Assembly (NCBI GenBank): GCA_050115495.1
Contig: JASFQK010000007.1
Coordinates: forward strand, 1 to 64,000
Length of the DNA: 64,000 nucleotides
Direction of reading: 5' to 3'
DNA from: Phycisphaerae bacterium
GTDB lineage: Bacteria; Planctomycetota; Phycisphaerae; UBA1845; Fen-1342
Shown one piece after another: positions 40,070-49,747 of this stretch; positions within the stretch are counted from its first letter, which is position 1, and each line of letters starts with the position of its first letter. The translations under genes and the position numbers were made by a program. Under the pieces are notes generated by a model that was not told where the DNA came from, searched no databases, and saw only the letters and a program-made list of their open reading frames with translations.

Positions 40070-42271
40070 TTACGGTGTGCTGCTGCTCACGAACGGCTTC
40101 TGCTCCGGCGCCAGCACGAAGGCAAAAGACGCGTGAGCGTCGTACTTCCACAGGCGGCTCCAGCCGTTCGTCGCCGTCGCCCACACGTGCAGGTGTTCGC
40201 CGAACCCGGCGATCGAGCACTTGCCAAGCAGATCCACCACCGTCTGGGTGTTCGACTTCACGCCCGGCTCAGGGACTGCCGTGCCCTCGTCCGGCAGCGT
40301 AGGCGCGGAGCCCGGCGGCAGCGAAAGAACATGAACGCCGCGCTGCACCCGGAACCGGTACGTGGCGAAACCGTTCGGGTGGTTCGGCGCGTACGTCATC
40401 GTGACCGAACTCGAAGCCTTCGGACCATACTCCATCACGCCGCAGTCGTCGCCGGCGGGCACACCGTCCAGATTCGGCGCCGGGATGACCGCGCTGCACT
40501 CGTTGTTGTCGATGTGCAACATCATGACGAAGCTGTTGCCGACCACGAGCCCCAGGTCTGCTGCATCAGAGGTCTCGATGTCGCCCATGATGTCCCCCAC
40601 ATCAGGCACCCGGTACGTGATGCCCTTGGCCGCGATGTCCACCGGGTTCCCGCTCGCATCGAACAGGTCGATCTTGAGCTGGTACTTGCCGTGCTCCGCC
40701 GCCGGCGCCAGGTCCTCCGTGGGGAACTTCGCGCTCGACGTGTCCTCGACAACGTTCGGCAGGCTCCACCACCCCAGCGGCGGCGCCGCCGGCGGAATCT
40801 CGAACAAATCCGGCGTACCGTTGACAACGTGCGGCCCGAGCGGAAAGACCTCCAGCACCAGGTCATCGCCAACCTCATGCGTGTAGTGGCGCACCACCGC
40901 ACTCGACAGCGGAACGTACGCCGGCGTTGGAGCGGTCGGGTCGTTCGGCGCCTTCCGGTACGACACCCGGTAGTACTTCACGCCCAGCGTCTCCCGCAGA
41001 CTGCTGTCGAACTCGATCCGCGGACGCAGCAGGCCACCGAACGGAGCCCCCGTATCCGTCAGCCCGCGATTCTCGTCGGTCGTCGCGCCCTGGAGATCCT
41101 CGCTCGATCCGTGGATCCTGCTCAGCGGGTGATTGCCGATTGCCAGAACCAGCACCCAATCGGGCGGGGCGTTCACCGGCGGACACGGCGCACACGTCCG
41201 CGCCAGTGGGTGTCCCGTGTACAGCGTGACCTCCGTGCCGCACACGTAATTCCAGTGCGTGCAGCAGAACACCGGTTTGGGCTCGTAGATCATGATTGGC
41301 AGGAATTGCGGAATCGGCGGCCCGGGCACAATCGGCTGGTCCGAGTGGAAGATGAACTGCTTCGCCTTGAAATACAGATCCGGCTGGTCCGGATTGCCAC
41401 ACCCGCGGAAGAAGAGCGCCTTGAACTGCCCGCACGCGTCGGTCGTCGCCGTGGCCACCAGCCTCTTCGTGACCGGGTATTGCACCCAGCACAGCACAGG
41501 CCGCACAAACTCCGCATACGACAGCAGCTCCTGGCGGAATTGGCTTAAGCTCGCCGTCTGCGCCATGTACTGCAGCTCTGTCGGGATCGACCCCGACAAG
41601 GGCTGCGGCTCAACCGCCGGCAACGACAACGCCACTGACACTGCCGAGATCGACTTCATGATCGGGCCGGGATCGGGCCGGGGCCCTGGCTTCGGTGGAA
41701 CCCGCTCCAGCGGGAACGGCGGGAGTGGCTCCGGGAATAGCAGCCTGTGCCGGATCTTCTCGATGATGTAGTCCGGCAGCCGAGCCACGACGATCGGCCA
41801 GGGGTCGACTTCGTATACCTCCACGAGCGCATGACAGACCGGCAGGTCGACGTACGCGCCGTCCTGCTCGACCCGTTTCAGCAGCTTGCCGCGCACGGCG
41901 CACGCGCTCTTCACCCAACACAGCCACGACTCGGGGATTACGCGCATCTCCAGGACCAATTCACGCTTGTCCGACTCGACTCGCACAAACTGCCGCTCCG
42001 CCCCCCGGCGCTTCAGTTCCCCGACCGTGGCCGCCTCTTTCTCCACGCCGGGCCCCACCATCACCTGGACGCGTTGCGCGCTGTCCAGCGCCGGAAGCGT
42101 CAGCGCCGCGACCCCCTTCGCATCCACATCAGCCATGGCCAGCAAGCGCCCTCCGGCCGAGAACGCGTAGACCACGGCGCGCGGCACTTCCTTGGCCCCC
42201 TTCGACTCCATCAGGTCCACGTTGACCCGTAGTGACACCCCCCTGGAACCAGCCCCACTCTGTTCAGACAT
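40070..42271 (-). CDS. Hypothetical 733-aa Pro/Cys-rich protein
   Basis: Long ORF with RBS AAGGAGG and normal codon pattern; no family recognised. Confidence 0.75.
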   Translation of the reverse strand: MSEQSGAGSRGVSLRVNVDLMESKGAKEVPRAVVYAFSAGGRLLAMADVDAKGVAALTLPALDSAQRVQVMVGPGVEKEAATVGELKRRGAERQFVRVESDKRELVLEMRVIPESWLCWVKSACAVRGKLLKRVEQDGAYVDLPVCHALVEVYEVDPWPIVVARLPDYIIEKIRHRLLFPEPLPPFPLERVPPKPGPRPDPGPIMKSISAVSVALSLPAVEPQPLSGSIPTELQYMAQTASLSQFRQELLSYAEFVRPVLCWVQYPVTKRLVATATTDACGQFKALFFRGCGNPDQPDLYFKAKQFIFHSDQPIVPGPPIPQFLPIMIYEPKPVFCCTHWNYVCGTEVTLYTGHPLARTCAPCPPVNAPPDWVLVLAIGNHPLSRIHGSSEDLQGATTDENRGLTDTGAPFGGLLRPRIEFDSSLRETLGVKYYRVSYRKAPNDPTAPTPAYVPLSSAVVRHYTHEVGDDLVLEVFPLGPHVVNGTPDLFEIPPAAPPLGWWSLPNVVEDTSSAKFPTEDLAPAAEHGKYQLKIDLFDASGNPVDIAAKGITYRVPDVGDIMGDIETSDAADLGLVVGNSFVMMLHIDNNECSAVIPAPNLDGVPAGDDCGVMEYGPKASSSVTMTYAPNHPNGFATYRFRVQRGVHVLSLPPGSAPTLPDEGTAVPEPGVKSNTQTVVDLLGKCSIAGFGEHLHVWATATNGWSRLWKYDAHASFAFVLAPEQKPFVSSSTP

Positions 42272-42571
42272 GACCTCATCCTCCTTACCTCTTGGCGCAG
42301 GAACGCCGATGTGTAGGAAACAAACAGCGCAAGCGAGACGTGTTCGACGTGAGGTGCTTACGCTCCGGCCCTGATGATTTCCCGTATACGCAACAACGTC
42401 TCAACCGTCAAGCGCAGATCGCGGCATTCCACTGAATACCACGACACAATGCCCAGCGCGTCACCCACCCGGCCCACGGCATGGTCGTCGGCGCACGGTA
42501 TTACCTTGCGACCATATCGCCGCGCTGTAGTCTCAATGTGCTACGTTGTTGTTTTGTTGCTCGACCGGCGC

Positions 42572-44620
42572 CTACTGCTCAGACAACGGCCGGATCTTGA
42601 TGTTCCGATACCACACCTGGTCACCGTGATCCTGAAGCACGATGTGCCCTTCTTTCATCAGACCATAATTCGGCCAGGCGCTGAACTTGCTCTCCGCCAC
42701 GAGCTTCTTCCACTCGTCCGTCCACAACTCGCACTCGACCACCTTCACACCGTTGAGCCAGTGCTCGATGTGCGGCCCCTTCGCCACGATGCGCACTTCG
42801 TTGAACAGCCCCACCGGCCGCGTCACGTCCCGCGCCGGTGCGTACAGCGCGTAATTCGAGCCGGCCGACGTCAGCGCGTTGCGCCCGTCGGCATGCTCCG
42901 CGTTGTCCAGCACCTGCATCTCCGGCCCGGTGAAGAACGGCCAGTCGAAATCCTCGTTCACGCGGTAGAAGATGCCGCTGTTCCCGCCGGCACAGATCCG
43001 CCACTCCAGCTTCAGCTCGAAATCCTTGAACGAGTCCGTTGTGATGATGTCGCTCGCCGAGCCCACGCGCACCAGGCAACCGTCACGCACCGCCCAACCC
43101 GTGGGCATGGTCTCCTGCCGATACCCACGCCAGCCGTCCGTCGTCTTCCCGTCGAACAGCAGCTTCCACCCCTCCGCCTTCTCCGTATCCGTCAGGAAGT
43201 TCTGCGGTGCCGCCGCCGCCGGCGTCAGCACCTTGCCCGCCGGACCCTGCGGCAACTGCGTCAGCGTGTACCACGCCTCCGTGCTCCACGGCCGCTGCCC
43301 ATCTTCCGACACGCACGGCGGCAACAGCCGCAGGTACACCACATGCCCTGGCTTCAGCCCCTCCATCTCCACGAAAACCGTCTTCCGATCTGCTGACACC
43401 GACACCGACTTCACCGGGTACCGCACGCCGTCCCGCCGCGGCGGCCCCTGCTTCGTCACATCAAACGGCAACTGCTCGACGTAATACGAGTCCGCCTCCC
43501 ACCCGCACCGCGCATCCAGCGGCTTGGTGAACTCAATCTCGAACCCGTTCGACAGAGCCCGCACCGCCCGCATCTCGAACACATCCTGCCCGCTCGGCTC
43601 GATATAGTCCGGCTCCATTCCCGCCAGACCGGACGCCCTCGCCAGCAACACTCCCTTCGCTACCGGCGAAACACGGTGCCCCTCACCCGGGACGACAGCA
43701 AAGCGCAGAGCGCAACCAATCGTGCCAGTATCCGCCGATTCGCAACAAATGCGGTACAACTCGTTCGTCTTCGTACCCGCCGCCACGTACTGGCCGGCAT
43801 ACAGCCCTTCTCCGAGCGACGCTGTCGTGATCTCCCCCGGCGGCGTCGTGCACCACGGCAGCCAGACGAACGCCCCGGCCTTTCCGTCCGCCGCCTCGGC
43901 CCGTACGTCGATCGCCGGCGCCTCCGCGCCGTTCTGCCCCCGATCGCGGTCGTGAACCGTCGCCAGCTTGAACGCCGGATTCATGCCCGCCACCGGCGAA
44001 CCGTCGCCCGGCAAGCCGCGCCGCAGCGGCGGAATGATCGCCTTCCTGCCCCGCGCCGCTTCGAGCGACGCATCCGCCTCGTGGCTCAGCACGTCCGCCG
44101 GTATGACCGCATAGTCCGCGTTGGCTTTCCCGCCCAGCGTGCACCATTCCAGCCTAAGCGCCGCCCCGCCACCGCCCTGGAAATGCCGCACGCGCAGCGT
44201 ATGCGGCCCGGCCGCCAGCGCCACCTCCATACCCTTGGGCTCCGCACTGTGCAAGCCGTCATAGTCGATTACCAGCAGCCCGTCGATCCAGAGCTGGCTG
44301 CCGTCATCGCTGCTCAACCGCAATCCATACAGGCCGTCCTCACTGATATTGAAGAAGCCCGTGATCTCGGTCAGAAAACGATCCGACAGCGGGTCGAAAT
44401 CACCGCGCTCGCTGTCCAGGTCGATCGTCGGCACGACCTTCGCCACGCTCGGCGTCTGTCCCGCGGCCAGCTCCGGCAGGAAGTACATCGTCTCGCCGAT
44501 CTCGTAGAAACGTGCCACGAGCCCGGGAGCGGTCGCATCACCCGCCTGTACCGTCGTGAACACGCCACCGAAGCAGAGAACCAGAAGCGCCGCCGTCAGT
44601 GTGGTGCAATGTCTGTACAT
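42572..44620 (-). CDS. Secreted PA14 + DUF1080 (3-keto-glycoside processing) protein
   Basis: Signal peptide; PA14 SDDGSQLWIDG...DGLH; DUF1080 LFDGKT..GW, GNSGIFY, EMQVLDN, GHIVLQDHG.VWYRNIKIR. Confidence 0.87.
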   Translation of the reverse strand: MYRHCTTLTAALLVLCFGGVFTTVQAGDATAPGLVARFYEIGETMYFLPELAAGQTPSVAKVVPTIDLDSERGDFDPLSDRFLTEITGFFNISEDGLYGLRLSSDDGSQLWIDGLLVIDYDGLHSAEPKGMEVALAAGPHTLRVRHFQGGGGAALRLEWCTLGGKANADYAVIPADVLSHEADASLEAARGRKAIIPPLRRGLPGDGSPVAGMNPAFKLATVHDRDRGQNGAEAPAIDVRAEAADGKAGAFVWLPWCTTPPGEITTASLGEGLYAGQYVAAGTKTNELYRICCESADTGTIGCALRFAVVPGEGHRVSPVAKGVLLARASGLAGMEPDYIEPSGQDVFEMRAVRALSNGFEIEFTKPLDARCGWEADSYYVEQLPFDVTKQGPPRRDGVRYPVKSVSVSADRKTVFVEMEGLKPGHVVYLRLLPPCVSEDGQRPWSTEAWYTLTQLPQGPAGKVLTPAAAAPQNFLTDTEKAEGWKLLFDGKTTDGWRGYRQETMPTGWAVRDGCLVRVGSASDIITTDSFKDFELKLEWRICAGGNSGIFYRVNEDFDWPFFTGPEMQVLDNAEHADGRNALTSAGSNYALYAPARDVTRPVGLFNEVRIVAKGPHIEHWLNGVKVVECELWTDEWKKLVAESKFSAWPNYGLMKEGHIVLQDHGDQVWYRNIKIRPLSEQ

Positions 44621-44678
44621 GTTGCCTTTCCTCATTTCAAACCGCGGCCCGCCACCCAGCGCGCCGCAGGGGTTCTTC

Positions 44679-47276
44679 TCACGGTTCCGTCGAGAAGCGG
44701 AGCCCCGTCAGCGGCTCACCGTCCGGCCCGCGCACGCCGCACGAGAACCCCCAGCCGCCGTTGCCCTGCACAACCTTGAGCATGACCGTGTTCCAGCCCT
44801 GCTCGAGCGCGACCGGAACTTTGTCCTGCCCAATCGTGTGTGCCCGCGCCGCCTCGTTGCTGTGCACGAGCGCGCCGTTCAGCCACGCCCTCACCCCGTC
44901 GTCGCTGCCGATCTCCAGCCGCGCCGCCTGGGCCTGCGGCGAATACACCCGCGCCCGCACGTACAGGCAGCAGTTCTCGCACCAAGTCAGTTGCGTCAAG
45001 TCGAATGCCCACGGATTCTCCGTCGGCCCCGCCGGCAGCGCCTGCCACAGCAATCGCGCCTCACCCGCCTCCTCCGGCGGAAACGCCAGATCGAACATCT
45101 CCTCGTAGCTCTGCTTCTGACTCGTGAACGGGCCGGCGAAACGCCACACGCCGATGTAACCCTCGTACTGGTCGATGAGCTTCATGGCGTCGGTCACGCG
45201 CTCGCGCACCGTGTCCGCCCCCGGAGAGGACAGCACCTCTTCCATCGTCTTCATCGCCAGTTCGCGGTCCTGCCCGGCCAAGCCGCGGGCGACGTGCACC
45301 GCCGCCGCCGCCGCCTCATGACAGAGTGTCTTGTCACCCAGATACGGCCGAATCTCCTCCAGCGTCTCAGGCAAGATCACCTCGCCGAGTGCACTGAGCA
45401 CGAGCTTCTTCTCGTTGTCCGCCTGGGCCAGCTCCGCCGCCACGTGCAGCCGGGCGAGCGTATCCGCCGCCGCCCGGTCACTCGGCAGACGCAGCAAGCG
45501 CACGTACCCGCGCAGCGCCAGCACCCGATGCGTTTCCCGCTCACCCTCGCGCGCCAGCGTCAGCAGGTCCTCGAGCACGCTCGTATCTTCCCACCCGGCC
45601 AGCGCCCGCACAGCCGCGATCGCCACATCCTCATCACTGTCGTGCACCGCCTCGCGGATCGCCGCCAGCGCCGCCGCCCCCTGCAACCGGCCGAGCACCC
45701 GCACCAGCGAAGCCCGCGCCGCCCCTGTCGTCTCCGGCAAGGCCGCCAGCACCGGCTGCGCGCGTTGCTCGCGGTCAGCGCTCCGCTGACACACCGCCAC
45801 CACAGCGTCCTCACCCGCCCGCTGCACGTCCTCGTCCGTCTCCTTCACCAGGAAGGCGACCAATTGCGGCAACTGCTCGTCCGCCGCCAGCTTGGCCAGC
45901 GTTCCGTAGTTCGCCGTTCGCTCCAGCGCCCCCCAGCCGGCGTGCAACTCCATCAACCGCGGCACCGCTGCCCGGCAGTGTCGCGCCGCCAGCGCCCGCA
46001 CCAGCTCCGCCCGCGTCTCGGCCGCACTCGCCGAGACGATGTTCGTCATGAACGTCTCGTCCACGTCCGGCCCGTACAGCCGCGACAGGCACCACCGCGC
46101 GGCCTCCTGCTCCTCCCCGCTCAAGCTCGCCGCCAGCTCGGCCACCGGCACCACGTCCTCCGCCCCGCCCACACCGGGCAGCGACCGCAGCGCCGCGCCG
46201 CGTGCCTCCGCCGCTTCCACCGTCCGGTACATGTGCGTAACCGTCTCGCGCGCTTCCGCCTCCGGACGCTTCGCCAGCTCCTCGATAATCGCCGCCTGCA
46301 CTTCCGGCGTGGTGGTGTAGATGCTCTCGATCAACAGCTCCGTCACCGCCGGTCCGTCGATCCTCCCCAGCAACCGCACAGCGGTGATGCGCACTTGTGC
46401 GGCCTGCGCGAGACCGATCATCGGCGGCAGCTTATCGAGCATCGTCCCGTCGCTGGCCGCCACCGCGCCGCGCAGCGCCGCCAGTCGCGTCGTCCCGCGC
46501 AGCGCCGCCCCGTAAAGCTGGAAGTAGATCGCCACGGCCCCTTCCTCATCCCCCGCCGCCAGCAGCGTATCAGCGATGCGCAGCACCGCCGTCGCCGCCT
46601 CTTCACGCCGCGGATTGTCCGGCGACCACCACATTTCGTACAAAGCCCCCGTCGCCGCCTTGCCTCCGATGTCGCCCAGCGCCGCCACGGCCGCCCGCGA
46701 CACACCGTCATCCTCGCTACGTGTCAGCTCGATCAGCCGCGGCACACTGGCCTCATCCCGCCGCGCCGCCAGCGCGTTCACGCACGCGATCTGCCACACC
46801 GGCTCGTCCGTCTTGCCCAGTTCCGCCCGCAGGCTCACCGCCGCCGCTTCCGACGGATTGTTCTGGAGCGCCCGCCGCGCCGCCTCACGAATCAGCGGCT
46901 CCTCATCGCTCAGCAAACCCGTCAGTGCCGGCACGCATTCCCCACCGCCCACGTGGTCGAGCTGCCGCACGAGCCACTCGCGCGCCGCCAGCGGCGTCTG
47001 CTCGCCGAGGTGTCCCACCATCACCTCACACAGCGCCCGCCGCTCTTCCTCATGTCCCGGCGCAGCCGCGTGCAGACACAGGTCGTTCAGCTCCCGCTGC
47101 GGCTCGTACCGGTCGGTCACGACCTCTGCGGCCAGACCGTGAATGAGCCGACTGACCGCCTCTTCATAGTTGGCCGCCGTCCCCGCCGGCGCAGCCGGCG
47201 CCCCGCGATGCTGCACGCACGACGCCGACAGCAGCATGATCCCCGACAACACGAAAGCGATGATTACGCGCTTCAT
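44679..47276 (-). CDS. HEAT-repeat lipoprotein with C-terminal beta-sandwich (GSDDG) domain
   Basis: Lipobox-like SASC; many HEAT/PBS-lyase-like repeats; IGSDDGVRAWLNG...GWNTVMLKV. Confidence 0.82.
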   Translation of the reverse strand: MKRVIIAFVLSGIMLLSASCVQHRGAPAAPAGTAANYEEAVSRLIHGLAAEVVTDRYEPQRELNDLCLHAAAPGHEEERRALCEVMVGHLGEQTPLAAREWLVRQLDHVGGGECVPALTGLLSDEEPLIREAARRALQNNPSEAAAVSLRAELGKTDEPVWQIACVNALAARRDEASVPRLIELTRSEDDGVSRAAVAALGDIGGKAATGALYEMWWSPDNPRREEAATAVLRIADTLLAAGDEEGAVAIYFQLYGAALRGTTRLAALRGAVAASDGTMLDKLPPMIGLAQAAQVRITAVRLLGRIDGPAVTELLIESIYTTTPEVQAAIIEELAKRPEAEARETVTHMYRTVEAAEARGAALRSLPGVGGAEDVVPVAELAASLSGEEQEAARWCLSRLYGPDVDETFMTNIVSASAAETRAELVRALAARHCRAAVPRLMELHAGWGALERTANYGTLAKLAADEQLPQLVAFLVKETDEDVQRAGEDAVVAVCQRSADREQRAQPVLAALPETTGAARASLVRVLGRLQGAAALAAIREAVHDSDEDVAIAAVRALAGWEDTSVLEDLLTLAREGERETHRVLALRGYVRLLRLPSDRAAADTLARLHVAAELAQADNEKKLVLSALGEVILPETLEEIRPYLGDKTLCHEAAAAAVHVARGLAGQDRELAMKTMEEVLSSPGADTVRERVTDAMKLIDQYEGYIGVWRFAGPFTSQKQSYEEMFDLAFPPEEAGEARLLWQALPAGPTENPWAFDLTQLTWCENCCLYVRARVYSPQAQAARLEIGSDDGVRAWLNGALVHSNEAARAHTIGQDKVPVALEQGWNTVMLKVVQGNGGWGFSCGVRGPDGEPLTGLRFSTEP

Positions 47277-47289
47277 GATGAGCCTCGCT

Positions 47290-48582
47290 TCACGGATACA
47301 GGCGCCAGGGGGCCCGCTTCGGCCGGTCCAGCCAGCGTGCCGCCGCTTCATCGCCGATGATCTCCCGCCGCTCCGGATCCCACTTGATCGGCCGCCCCAG
47401 CCAACACGCAATGTTCGCCAGGTGGCACAGCGTGACGGAGCTCGCCCCGATCGCCACGTCGCAGATCGGCCGTCGCCGCCAGCGAACGCAGTTCAACCAA
47501 TCCTGCTGATGCCCGGGGCTGTCGTACAGGTGCAGCTCTTCCGGCCGCGTCGGCTCCCGGATGATCTCCTCGGGCCACGTCTTGAGGTACCCGCGGTTCA
47601 CCTCGATCTTGCCGTCCGTCCCGGTGAACAGAATCCCGTTCACCTTCCCACCCCGGTACAGACGCACGCCGTTCGCATACACCATCGTCAGCATGCTGCC
47701 TTCCGACCCGTCCGGCGGAATGAACTCCACCGGCCCGCTGCCGTCCATCCCCAGGGCCCACTGAGCGATATCGAAGTGATGCGCCCCCCAGTCCGTCGTC
47801 ATCCCGCCCGAATAATCCCGCACGTACCGCCACCCACCCGAGTAGTTCCCGCTGCACCGTTCCGGGTTGTACGGCTGCCACGGCGCCGGCCCCAGCCACC
47901 GCTCCCAATCGAGCCCCTCGGGCACCGGCTCCGGCTTGAACACCTTGTCCGTCGACGGCATGCCGATGTTGACGTGCACGGTCTGTATTCGGCCGATCCG
48001 CCCGTTGCGCACCAGTTCGCACGCAAAGCGGAAGTTCTCCGACGACCGCTGCTGGCTGCCCGTCTGGAAGACGCGGTCGTACCGCCGGGCCGCGTGCACC
48101 ATCTGCTCCGCCTCGCGGACCGTCAGCGTCAGCGGCTTCTCGCAGTACACGTCCTTGCCCGCCGCACACGCCGCCGTGGCGACCAACGTATGCCAGTGGT
48201 CCGGCACCGCAATCAGCACGACGTCGATATCCCGCCGCGCCAGCAGCTCCTCAAATTCGTTGTACAGCGCCACGCCCTTGAACCGGCCGGCGGCCGTCTC
48301 GGCGGCGTAATGCTCCTCGACGCGCTTCCCGGCCGCCTCCCGCTGCCACTGCTTCACGTCGCAGATGGCCACCACCTGCGTCTCTTCGTGGTTGAGGAAG
48401 TAGCCCAGGTGCCCACCACCCATGTTCCCAACACCGATGAAGCCCATCGTCAGCCGCTCGCTCGGCGCCCGCCGCACGCCGCGGCCCAGGGCCGTTGCCG
48501 GCACGAAGTACGGCGCCGCCAGCAGCGCTCCACTGACGCGGAGGAATTGCCGGCGTGTGGTCCGCTTTTCGCTGGACGTCAT
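47290..48582 (-). CDS. Tat-exported Gfo/Idh/MocA oxidoreductase
   Basis: TRRQFL twin-Arg; GFIGVGNMG; PDHWH; YCEKP; QTGSQQRS; DWGAHHFD. Confidence 0.93.
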   Translation of the reverse strand: MTSSEKRTTRRQFLRVSGALLAAPYFVPATALGRGVRRAPSERLTMGFIGVGNMGGGHLGYFLNHEETQVVAICDVKQWQREAAGKRVEEHYAAETAAGRFKGVALYNEFEELLARRDIDVVLIAVPDHWHTLVATAACAAGKDVYCEKPLTLTVREAEQMVHAARRYDRVFQTGSQQRSSENFRFACELVRNGRIGRIQTVHVNIGMPSTDKVFKPEPVPEGLDWERWLGPAPWQPYNPERCSGNYSGGWRYVRDYSGGMTTDWGAHHFDIAQWALGMDGSGPVEFIPPDGSEGSMLTMVYANGVRLYRGGKVNGILFTGTDGKIEVNRGYLKTWPEEIIREPTRPEELHLYDSPGHQQDWLNCVRWRRRPICDVAIGASSVTLCHLANIACWLGRPIKWDPERREIIGDEAAARWLDRPKRAPWRLYP

Positions 48583-48797
48583 ACCTGCTCTCCGATGACC
48601 TGCCCCTGTCCGACCGACCGCGCATACCACGAGCGGCGATCTCCGGAAAGGTACCGGCTGCACCGCTTTTCGTCATCCCGCCGGCCCCCGAATTCCCCCA
48701 GCCAGCCTTGGCCCAACCCCACCTCCACGGCACAATCTCCTCCAGGCGGGTCGATCGGCGAGCCACCCTCACCGACCCTGCCGGGAAAGGACGCCGC

Positions 48798-48968
48798 ATG
48801 AAACCCAATGGGTGCGAAAGCTGCCGCTTTCGGCGATACGCCGAGCAGCGCCCGACTTCGTGGCTGGCCCGTCTGTGGCGCTGGCACACCCGCTGGTGCC
48901 CAGGCTGGAAAGCCTACCAGAAGACGCTAGCCGAGAAGAACGAAGAGCAATCTGCGCCAAAGGACTAA
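48798..48968 (+). CDS. Small 56-aa Cys/Trp-rich protein
   Basis: RBS GAAAGGA; CESC...WRWHTRWCPGWKAY. Confidence 0.65.
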   Translation: MKPNGCESCRFRRYAEQRPTSWLARLWRWHTRWCPGWKAYQKTLAEKNEEQSAPKD

Positions 48969-48975
48969 CCGGCCA

Positions 48976-49059
48976 GTTGAAAAAGGGGACTGCCTCCGAC
49001 CCAGACGACGCCGACAACCGCGAGAACCGTAAGCCGAGGTGCCTGTCCCCTTTTTCAAC
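48976..49059. repeat. 84-bp element with perfect 15-bp terminal inverted repeats (REP/MITE-like)
   Basis: GTTGAAAAAGGGGAC (48976-48990) and GTCCCCTTTTTCAAC (49045-49059). Confidence 0.75.
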
Positions 49060-49079
49060 GGATCCGTCGAGCAACGCCC

Positions 49080-49553
49080 ATGAGCACACCGCGGCCACCA
49101 GGCAGGCTCCACACGCTCAAGCCGGCCGCTCCGGCTCGCGTCCACGTCCTGCTGGCCGCCCTCATGTGGACCGTCGTCGGCTCACTGCTGCTCTATTTTG
49201 GCGCCCGCTGGCTCCTGAACGCGGCCAGTCACGCCGCCTGGCTCTTTCTGGCGGTGGCCGTCATCGTCGGCGTCATCAAGGCTCGCTTCGTCCTCCGGCA
49301 AACGGCGACCCGCACGGTCCACCGCATCCGCACCCGCGGCGACGGGCGTTGCATCGGCGGCTTCCTCTCCGTCCGCACCTGGCTCGTCGTCATCGCCATG
49401 GCCGCCGCCGGCCGCCTGCTCCGCGGCAGCCCCCTGCCCCGCGCAGCCCTCGGTTTCATCTACGCTGCCGTCGGCTCCGCTCTGCTGCTGGCCAGCACCG
49501 CCATCTGGCGCGCCTGGAAACACTGGCCCCCCGACACATCCCCACCTCTGTAG
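49080..49553 (+). CDS. Hypothetical 4-TM membrane protein
   Basis: Four hydrophobic segments with a basic central loop. Confidence 0.7.
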   Translation: MSTPRPPGRLHTLKPAAPARVHVLLAALMWTVVGSLLLYFGARWLLNAASHAAWLFLAVAVIVGVIKARFVLRQTATRTVHRIRTRGDGRCIGGFLSVRTWLVVIAMAAAGRLLRGSPLPRAALGFIYAAVGSALLLASTAIWRAWKHWPPDTSPPL

Positions 49554-49747
49554 GGCAATCTCAACCCACCCACCACTCGGCGACGCCACGGTGTGCCACT
49601 GCTCTTGAGCAGTGCTGCCCGACAGCGCAACCCGCCCCCGTTCAGCCGAACGTATGATCAGGTCGTCGACAACCCGTGGGGCGGGTTCAACCCGCCGATC
49701 CCCCGCCCCTCAGCACAGCGCCGATTCGCACCGACCACCCGCCCCCT

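Noticed and set aside
44556..47360. 934-aa + strand ORF and other long antisense ORFs (e.g. 4733-6856, 10763-12565, 39710-41548, 47170-48801)
   Set aside because: Shadow frames of well-supported genes in high-GC DNA; Arg/Pro-rich with no motifs
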